Under the pieces are notes generated by a model. The model was not told the origin of the DNA. It did no database searches and was given only the letters and a program-made list of their open reading frames with translations. The position numbers and the translations under genes were made by a program. From NCBI GenBank assembly GCA_964291625.2, contig OZ220089.1, forward strand, positions 4,192,001 to 4,256,000: a stretch of 64,000 nucleotides of DNA, written 5' to 3'. Below, piece by piece: positions 37,362 to 44,823 of this stretch. This stretch comes from Candidatus Latescibacterota bacterium. Lineage in GTDB: Bacteria; Latescibacterota; UBA2968; UBA8231. Position 1 is the first letter of the stretch; every line of letters begins with the position of its first letter.

Positions 37362-38549
37362 ATGGGTTCCGCCCGACGGTTGCGGATGATCGCCTCCTGG
37401 GCCTGCCAGAGCCTGGCCTTTCACAAGACCCGGACCCTCCTCACCATCGCCGCCGTGGGGCTCGCCACCGCGCTGGTGGCCAGCATCCTCGGCTTCCAGG
37501 CCGGCTACCGGGAATCCCTCGATCACAACATCGACTCCATGGGGTACCAGATTCTCGTGACGGGGAAGGGATGCCCTCACGAGGCGGCGACCCTGATCCT
37601 GCGCGGGGGGTCCATCCCGATGTACCTCCGCGAGGAGGTGTTCCGCCATATCGTGGAGCAGCCCGAGGTGAAGGACGCGACGCGCTTCTTCATGCAGGCC
37701 GTTCCCGATCGCGGCGGCGGCTCCCACCAGCTCCATGTCGGAATCGACGAGAGCTTTCTGGCGCTGAAACCGGGCGTCGGGTTCCAGCGGGGGGAGTGGT
37801 TCAGCGGCGCCCTGGCCGACGAGGCGATCCTCGGATTCAACGTGGCCGAGTACCGCCGCCTCGGAATCGGGGATACGATCGGGGTGAAGGGCCGGACCTT
37901 CAGCGTCCGGGGAATCCTCGACAGGCTCGGGACCCAGGACGATGGAACGGTCTTCCTGCCCCTCGAGGTGAGCCAGGACCTGTTCGAGCGGCGGGACCGC
38001 CTCACCGGGATCGGGATCCGCCTGCACGACATGAGCGATGCCGGCCCCTTCATCGATCGCCTCTACGACACTCCGTCGCTGCAGGTGGTGCGCATGTCCC
38101 AGGTGCAGGGGACGATCCTCAACATCCTGAGAGGGGTGCGGGCCCTGCTGCTGGCCTTCGGGGCGGTCTGCCTCGTCGCCGCCCTCATGGGGGTGTTCAG
38201 CGTCGCCCTGATCACGGTGAACGAGCGGATTGCGGAGATGGGGGTGCTGCGGGCCCTGGGATGCCCGGGCTGGACCCTCTTCCAGCTCGTCTGGGCCGAG
38301 TCCCTGCTGCTCAGCCTGGCCGGCGTGATCGTCGGCGGAGGGCTCACCCTGGCGCTGCGGGGGGCCGCCGAGTGGGTCGTGCGCTCCACCCTCACCTTCG
38401 TTCCGGCGGGACCGGTGGTGGCGGTGACCCCGGAGAGTGTTCTCGGCAGCGCCGCCGCCATCGTGGGGCTCTGCCTTCTCGCGGGAGTCTATCCGGCCCT
38501 CAAGTCATCGCTCGTTCCTCCCCTGACTTCAATCCGGGGGGCGGGGTGA
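37362..38549 (+). CDS. ABC transporter permease, MacB/FtsX family
   Basis: RTLLTIAAVG, GCPHEAA, VNERIAEMGVLRALG, AGVYPA. Confidence 0.9.
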   Translation: MGSARRLRMIASWACQSLAFHKTRTLLTIAAVGLATALVASILGFQAGYRESLDHNIDSMGYQILVTGKGCPHEAATLILRGGSIPMYLREEVFRHIVEQPEVKDATRFFMQAVPDRGGGSHQLHVGIDESFLALKPGVGFQRGEWFSGALADEAILGFNVAEYRRLGIGDTIGVKGRTFSVRGILDRLGTQDDGTVFLPLEVSQDLFERRDRLTGIGIRLHDMSDAGPFIDRLYDTPSLQVVRMSQVQGTILNILRGVRALLLAFGAVCLVAALMGVFSVALITVNERIAEMGVLRALGCPGWTLFQLVWAESLLLSLAGVIVGGGLTLALRGAAEWVVRSTLTFVPAGPVVAVTPESVLGSAAAIVGLCLLAGVYPALKSSLVPPLTSIRGAG

Positions 38550-39226
38550 CGGCCCTCCTGGGGGCGAGCGGGGTCTGGAAGGAGTTTCCCCAGCCGGGAA
38601 CCTGCGTGACCGCCCTCGCCGACGTGACCCTGTCCATCGAGCGGGGCGAGTTCGTCGTGGTGACCGGGGAGTCCGGGTCGGGGAAGTCGACCCTGCTGTC
38701 GCTGCTGGCGGGAATGGACCGGCCTACGCGCGGGGCCGTGAGGTTCGACGACGAGGCCCTCGAGTCGGCGGCCCCGGGACGGCTCGCCCGGATCCGCCGG
38801 GAGCGCATGGGGTTCGTCTTCCAGGACTTCCGGCTCGTGCGCCATCTCACGGTGCAGGGAAACGTCCGGCTGCCGCTGTTGTTCGGCCATGGCGGCGGGG
38901 ACGCGGACGAGGTGAGGCGCCTGCTCGAGCGGGTGAACATCGCCCACCGGACGCGCCACCGGCCGGACGCCCTGTCCCGCGGGGAGATGCAGCGCGCGGC
39001 CCTGGCGCGGGCCCTGGCGAACCGGCCGGACGTGCTCTTCGCCGACGAGCCCACGGCAAACCTGGACCGGGGCAACGCCGGGATCCTCTGGAAGCTGATC
39101 GGGAACCTCCACCGCGCCGAGGGGTTGACGGTGGTGGCGGCCGCCCACGACGTCGAGATGACCCCGGAGGCGAGACGGATCGTCCGGCTCGACGATGGCA
39201 GGGTCGCTTCGGATGGGCATGGGTAG
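38546..39226 (+). CDS. ABC transporter ATP-binding protein (LolD/MacB-like)
   Basis: GESGSGKST, LSRGEMQR, FADEPTANLD; GTGA overlap. Confidence 0.92.
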   Translation: MTALLGASGVWKEFPQPGTCVTALADVTLSIERGEFVVVTGESGSGKSTLLSLLAGMDRPTRGAVRFDDEALESAAPGRLARIRRERMGFVFQDFRLVRHLTVQGNVRLPLLFGHGGGDADEVRRLLERVNIAHRTRHRPDALSRGEMQRAALARALANRPDVLFADEPTANLDRGNAGILWKLIGNLHRAEGLTVVAAAHDVEMTPEARRIVRLDDGRVASDGHG

Positions 39227-41906
39227 GACGATCCTCCGTCGGGCCCCGTGGACCGCCCTCGTGGCAGCCGCCGCCCTCGTTCCCGCCTGCAGCGGGGGAG
39301 GCGGCGAAGCGGAGCCGGGAATGGAGCCGCAATCGAACGCCGGCATGGAGTTCAGCCGGCGTCTGCGCCTGGGAATCGAGCAGCTCCGCCGAGACCTTCC
39401 GGAATCCGCCCGCGCCGAGTTCGAGGCGTGCGCGCGGCTGCGGCCCGATGATCCGGAGCTCCTCTTTCAGCGGGCCCGGCTGGCCATCGCCACGTCGGCG
39501 AGTCCGGCCGACATGGAGGCGGCGATCGGGCTCCTGCAGAGGGTGCTCGCTCTTCGGCCGCACAGCGTGAAGGCCCATCGCCTGCTGTACGAGCTCGAAA
39601 CGCGCCGCCGCAACGAGGCGGCCGCCGGCGCCCACCGGGACGCGGTCCTGGCGGCGTACGGCCAGATGGGCGAGATGGAGATCGCCTCTTTCGCGCGCTA
39701 CTACGAAGGCGGAAGCGGACCGGCTCTCCGGCTCGTGGAGGTGAGGGAGGGGGCGAGGAACGCCGACGACCTGCGCCGGTTCCGCGAAGCGGTGCGGGGA
39801 CTCTACAGAGAAGGGCACTACGCCCCGAGCGAGGCGGTCCCGGTGATCGAGGAGATCCTGGCCAGGTACCCCGATCTCGCGGCGGTGCGCCTCTACTACG
39901 CGAAGATGCTCGTCCTCGGGCAGATCCGGGTGAACTACAGCAACCGTCCCGGGCTGCGGCCCATGGCGTCGGCCCTCATCTTCGATATCGCCCAGAGCGA
40001 GCTCGAGAAGGTGTACGACCAGATCCACCCCGGATCGCCCATGGCGCGGGACACCATCCACATGCTGAGCCGCGTGGCGATGCTCATGGCCGACTACGAC
40101 GAGTCGATCGCGCTGGCCGACCTGCTCCTGGGGGATCCGCGTGTCGGGGGGGACTTCCGGCGGTTTCAGATCGGCCGCAAGGGACTGGCGCGTCTCAAGC
40201 AGGAGCGGTATGCCGAGGCCGTCGAGCTCCTCGAGGAATCCCTCGCCGGAGCGAGCGGGAACCTCCGGCGGGAACTGACGAATCTCTGGCTCCTCCACCT
40301 GGCTCACGAGGGGCTGGGGACCCCGCCCGACGAGCGGCCGGCGGCGTTTCGATTCCGCGGGGACCTGGCCCTTCCGGGGGATCCAACCCCCCTTCGGTTC
40401 GAGGACGCGGCGGCGGCGTACGGCATCGACAAGTACGACGGCCTGGGGCCGAGCGCCTGGGGCGACTACGATCGGGACGGCGACTACGATCTGTTCGTCA
40501 CCGGCAGCGACAGCTACGGGGCCCTGTACCGGAACGACGGCGAGAGCTTCACCGACGTCTCCCGGGAGGCGAACCTGTTTCGGGTGCAGTCCGGCTTCAG
40601 CGCCACCTGGTCGGACTACGACAACGACGGCTGGATCGATCTGCACGTCGGCCGCGACGGGTGGCACGGCCCCATGGCGAACTCGCTCTTCGCGAACAAC
40701 GGGGATGGGACCTTCACCGAGACGACGGACGTCGCCGGACTGGGGGACCCGGGCTCGACCTTCGTGTGCCAGTGGTCGGACTACGACAGGGACGGCGACG
40801 TCGACCTCTACATCGCCAACGGTATCACCGGGGGCGGCGACACGAACACCCTGTACCGGAACAACTCCGACGGCACCTTCACCGACGTGACCGCGGCGGC
40901 GGGGCTCCGCGAAGCCCGCGGGACCCGGACGATCGGGAACTGCTGGGGCGACTACGACGACGACGGCTGGCCCGACCTCTTCGTGAGCGGCTACGAGACG
41001 GCGAACCGGCTCTACCGGAACAACGGCAACGGCACCTTCACGAACCGGGCCGCCGAGGCCGGCCTCCTCGACGACGAGCTTCTCACGACCGGCTACACCT
41101 GCTTCTTCTTCGACTACGACAACGATCTCGATCTCGACATCCTGCGCCCGTCGCTGGCCCCGTGGGACGACGTGCTGCTGGGACTCTCGGACCGCTACGA
41201 CGATCTGCCGGCGGAGAAGAAGCAGGAGATGCTCCGCCACTGCACGAGGCTCTACCGGAACAACGGAGACGGGACGTTCACCAATGTGTCGGTGGAGGCC
41301 GGGTTCATCCACCCGAACGGCGCCATGGGGACGGGCGTGGCCGATCTGGACAATGACGGGTACCTCGACATCTACTTCGGAACGGGTGATCCGGCCATCG
41401 AGCGGATGGAGCCGGACCGCCTCTACCGGAACAACGGAAACGGGACGTTCACCGACCTCACCTTCGCGGCCGGAGTCGCCAACGTGGGCAAGGGGCACGG
41501 CGAGACCTTCGTCGACATCGATCTCGACGGGGATCTCGAGATCTACGCCCCCGAGGGGGGGTTCGTCCACGGAGACCAGTTCCCGAACGCCTTCTACCTG
41601 AACCTCCAGGAGTCGGGCAACCACTGGATCCACATCGACATCGAGGGCACGAAGAGCAGCCGGGACGCCCTCGACACCCGGATCCTCGTCACCGCGGGGG
41701 GACGGACCCTCCTGCGCGAGAAGCACAACGGGGAGGGATTCGGCAGCTCCAACTCGCCGCCGGTCGAGTTCGGCCTCGGCAGGGCTGCGAAGATCGACAG
41801 GATCGAGATCCGCTGGCCCGGGAGCGATCCCGAGATCTTCACGGACATTCCCGTCGATCGCAGGATCTTCATCCGCGAAGGGGAAGGCGAGTGGACCGAG
41901 ATCTGA
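39213..41906 (+). CDS. TPR + FG-GAP/CRTAC1 (ASPIC-UnbV) lipoprotein
   Basis: VPAC lipobox, helical N-terminus, many DYDxDG and NNGxGTFT repeats, VEFGLG; start uncertain (39195/39213/39219). Confidence 0.85.
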   Translation: MGMGRTILRRAPWTALVAAAALVPACSGGGGEAEPGMEPQSNAGMEFSRRLRLGIEQLRRDLPESARAEFEACARLRPDDPELLFQRARLAIATSASPADMEAAIGLLQRVLALRPHSVKAHRLLYELETRRRNEAAAGAHRDAVLAAYGQMGEMEIASFARYYEGGSGPALRLVEVREGARNADDLRRFREAVRGLYREGHYAPSEAVPVIEEILARYPDLAAVRLYYAKMLVLGQIRVNYSNRPGLRPMASALIFDIAQSELEKVYDQIHPGSPMARDTIHMLSRVAMLMADYDESIALADLLLGDPRVGGDFRRFQIGRKGLARLKQERYAEAVELLEESLAGASGNLRRELTNLWLLHLAHEGLGTPPDERPAAFRFRGDLALPGDPTPLRFEDAAAAYGIDKYDGLGPSAWGDYDRDGDYDLFVTGSDSYGALYRNDGESFTDVSREANLFRVQSGFSATWSDYDNDGWIDLHVGRDGWHGPMANSLFANNGDGTFTETTDVAGLGDPGSTFVCQWSDYDRDGDVDLYIANGITGGGDTNTLYRNNSDGTFTDVTAAAGLREARGTRTIGNCWGDYDDDGWPDLFVSGYETANRLYRNNGNGTFTNRAAEAGLLDDELLTTGYTCFFFDYDNDLDLDILRPSLAPWDDVLLGLSDRYDDLPAEKKQEMLRHCTRLYRNNGDGTFTNVSVEAGFIHPNGAMGTGVADLDNDGYLDIYFGTGDPAIERMEPDRLYRNNGNGTFTDLTFAAGVANVGKGHGETFVDIDLDGDLEIYAPEGGFVHGDQFPNAFYLNLQESGNHWIHIDIEGTKSSRDALDTRILVTAGGRTLLREKHNGEGFGSSNSPPVEFGLGRAAKIDRIEIRWPGSDPEIFTDIPVDRRIFIREGEGEWTEI

Positions 41907-41994
41907 GGGTCCCGGTCTCCCGCGTTCAGCCAGCCACCCCTGCTGCTGCCGGCCAGGCGGTTCCCGCCCCGCCTCGGCGCCTGTCCGGCACACC

Positions 41995-42092
41995 GGGTGA
42001 GCCAGGACCTGCAGCTGGACTTCGTGCCCTCTCCGCCAGGGGAGGTCTTCAGCGAGGGGACCAGCGGCGAGGCGGCGTCCTGGCGGCGGCTG
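41995..42092 (+). pseudogene. Decayed fragment of the 3' end of an M28-FtsX gene
   Basis: Aligns to 30243-30354 with 10 mismatches over 97 aligned nt plus 14-nt and 1-nt deletions; VSQDLQLDFVPSP...EVFSEGTSGEAASWRRL versus VSQYLQLDFAPSP...EVFIERISGETTSWRRL. Confidence 0.85.
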
Positions 42093-42106
42093 GGGGATGA
42101 GGTCGA

Positions 42107-44812
42107 GTGGCTGACCAGGGGCTGACGAGCAGGCAACAGGCCCGGCTCGAGCGGGAGTGGGAGGAGGTCAAGGAGTACCGCGACCTGCTGCAGCCGCCCG
42201 ACCGCTTCGACGAGGGCTTCACCATGCGCACGATCATCGGGGTGCTCTTCATCTCGCTGATCATGACGCCGGGAGAGATGTACCTCGGCCTGGTCACCGG
42301 CGGGGGCATCGGCGCCGCGGCCCAGTGGGTGACGGTCATCCTCTTCCTGGAGGTGGCCAAGCGCTCCTTCACCTCCCTCACGCGGCAGGAGATCTACCTC
42401 CTCGTCTACGTGGCCGGCGCGCTGGTGGTGCGCGAGGAGGGCGCTTTCCTCGACCTGCTGTGGCGGCAGTACTTCGTGCGCTCGCCCGAGGCCGAGCAGT
42501 TCGGTGTCTCCGAGGTCCTGCCGTTCTGGTGGGCCCCGGGGCCGGAGTCGGAAGCCCACGGGCTGCGCACCTTCCTCCACCCGGACTGGGCCTGGCCGAT
42601 CGGCCTCCTCGTCCTCGGCACCATCGTGGGGCGGGTCTCGTGGTTCACCTCCGGGTACGTCCTCTTCCGCCTCACCTCCGACCGCGAGCAGCTGCCCTTC
42701 CCGACGGCCCCCATGTCGGCCCTGGGATCGATGGCCCTGGCCGAGGAGAGCGGCCACGAGAGAGAGACCTGGAAGTGGCCGATCTTCAGCGTCGGGGCCG
42801 TCATCGGCGTCGCCTTCGGCATCCTCTACGTCGGCATCCCGACGCTGACGGAGGTCCTCGGCCGGAGGCAGGAGCTGATCCCCATCCCCTTCGCCGACCT
42901 CACCCCCTACTTCGGCAACTTCCTGCCCGGCGCACCCCTGGGCGTCACCCTCCATCTGGGCCCGATCTTCGCCGGCCTGCTGATGCCGTTCTGGTCGGTC
43001 ATCGGCTCCTTCGCCGGCGTCGTCGTGCACACCGCCGTGAGCCCGGTCCTCCACCACCTGGGCCTGCTGCCGCGCTGGGTCCTGGGCATGGACACGATCA
43101 GCACCCAGATCGCCACCGGCATCGACTTCTGGCGGGCCTTCGGGATCGGCATCACCCTGGCCGTCACCCTCATCAGCTTCTACCAGCTGTGGGCCACCCT
43201 GGGCCGCCGGAAGGACCAGATCCAGCAGTACTTCGGCGACGGCGGGACGGCGTATCCGGCCACGTGCCGGCACGACGGGTGCAACCAGCCGTCGGAGGTG
43301 CGGGGGTACTGCCTCCGGCACCTGGGCCGGGGCGACTTCCACATCTGGGCCTGCATCGCCCTCTTCAGCCTCTCCGCCATCTACCCCATCGTCCTCGCCA
43401 AGACCCTCTTCCCCACCCTCGTCGGCGTCGGCCTGCTGGTCACCTTCTGCCTCATCGCCTTCGTGTACGCGCCGATCATGTCCTTCGTCAGCGCCCGCCT
43501 CGACGGCCTCATCGGGCGCGAGGTGTCGATCCCCTACATCAACGAGGCGATCATCTTCCTCACCGGGTACCGGGGCGTCGACGTCTGGTTCGTGCCCTTC
43601 CCGACCCGCAACTTCGGCGGCCACGCCGAGGGCTTCCGCGTCGTCGAGCTGGTGGGCATGCGGTTCACCAGCCTGCTCAAGGCCGAGCTCTTCATGCTGC
43701 CCATCGTCTTCGGCGTCAGCCTGATGTACTGGACCTTCCTGTGGCGGCTGGCGCCGATCCCCTCGGAGAGCTACCCCTACGCCCAGCGCATGTGGCCGCT
43801 GCGGGCCTTCGATCAGGCCCTGTTCCTGTCGAGCACCATGTACAGCAAGACGTGGCGGGCCGGCGAGCGCCTCGAGGACGATCTCCTCGAACACGGCGAG
43901 GTCGCCTGGAGCCCGAGCAACCTGCAGGACGGCCACTGGTGGTACTGGAGGGTGCGCGCCACCCGGGAGCACCACATCCCCGACGAGCTCAAGCGGGAGT
44001 ACGGCCCGTGGTCGGAGACCCGCTGCTTCTACACCGACTTCAGGGGCGGCAACCCGCCCCGGGCCGGCCCGGACCTGCAGGCCTTCGAACAGTCGCGGCC
44101 CCAGGCCGCGGCCACCGACACAGCCGACGGTCGGGGGCGGGCCCCCGGGGCGCTCGAGCCGCCCCCGGCGCCGGGGCTGGTGTGGCCGCCCCACGGGGCG
44201 GTGCTCCAGGGCGGCGAGGCGATGAACCCCAACCTGCGCGCCCAGCTGCCGCTGGCGCCGGCGGACTCGGTCGAGTTCCACCTCGAGATCGACCTGCGGC
44301 CCAGCTTCGACGGCACCTTCCTGCAGAGGTCGTCGGACGTTCCCATGATGTACGAGGTGCTGTGGGAGGACGTGAAGTACACGGGGGACGGCAGGGACGA
44401 CGACGGCGACGGCCTCATCGACGAGGAGGTCAGGAACGGGAGCGATGACGACGGCGACGGCCTGGTGGACGAGGACATCCACCACCCCCTGGGCGGCAAG
44501 AAGTGGAAGATCATCCTCATAGGCGCCGGTTTCGGGCTGACGGCCTACTTCACCCTGGCCGCCTTCGGCGTTCCCATCTTCCTGATCTGGGGGTACGTGC
44601 AGAGCGTCAACGGGATCCCCCACGCCCTGCTGCCGCAGATCATCGGCGCCCTGCTGGGCCGCTACTACTTCTGGAAGCGCTACGGCAAGCAGCAGTGGCG
44701 CCGCTATGCCATGGTGCTCAGCGTCGGCTTCGGCGTCGGCATGGCCCTGGTCGGCATGTTCTGCGCCGCCCTGGCGATGATCAGCAAGGGCGTCTCCACC
44801 CTCACCCACTGA
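42107..44812 (+). CDS. OPT/YSL-like oligopeptide transporter with Cys/His, Fn3-like and Asp-rich insertions
   Basis: EGFTMRTIIG, LTRQE, DREQLPFP, PIPSESYPYAQRMW, many TM segments; GTG after GAGG. Confidence 0.8.
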   Translation: MADQGLTSRQQARLEREWEEVKEYRDLLQPPDRFDEGFTMRTIIGVLFISLIMTPGEMYLGLVTGGGIGAAAQWVTVILFLEVAKRSFTSLTRQEIYLLVYVAGALVVREEGAFLDLLWRQYFVRSPEAEQFGVSEVLPFWWAPGPESEAHGLRTFLHPDWAWPIGLLVLGTIVGRVSWFTSGYVLFRLTSDREQLPFPTAPMSALGSMALAEESGHERETWKWPIFSVGAVIGVAFGILYVGIPTLTEVLGRRQELIPIPFADLTPYFGNFLPGAPLGVTLHLGPIFAGLLMPFWSVIGSFAGVVVHTAVSPVLHHLGLLPRWVLGMDTISTQIATGIDFWRAFGIGITLAVTLISFYQLWATLGRRKDQIQQYFGDGGTAYPATCRHDGCNQPSEVRGYCLRHLGRGDFHIWACIALFSLSAIYPIVLAKTLFPTLVGVGLLVTFCLIAFVYAPIMSFVSARLDGLIGREVSIPYINEAIIFLTGYRGVDVWFVPFPTRNFGGHAEGFRVVELVGMRFTSLLKAELFMLPIVFGVSLMYWTFLWRLAPIPSESYPYAQRMWPLRAFDQALFLSSTMYSKTWRAGERLEDDLLEHGEVAWSPSNLQDGHWWYWRVRATREHHIPDELKREYGPWSETRCFYTDFRGGNPPRAGPDLQAFEQSRPQAAATDTADGRGRAPGALEPPPAPGLVWPPHGAVLQGGEAMNPNLRAQLPLAPADSVEFHLEIDLRPSFDGTFLQRSSDVPMMYEVLWEDVKYTGDGRDDDGDGLIDEEVRNGSDDDGDGLVDEDIHHPLGGKKWKIILIGAGFGLTAYFTLAAFGVPIFLIWGYVQSVNGIPHALLPQIIGALLGRYYFWKRYGKQQWRRYAMVLSVGFGVGMALVGMFCAALAMISKGVSTLTH

Positions 44813-44823
44813 GACAGCCCCGC

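Noticed and set aside
40400-41560. Recurrent GACTACGAC/AACAACGG repeats that could suggest an array
   Set aside because: They are coding FG-GAP repeats with irregular spacing and degenerate sequence, not CRISPR
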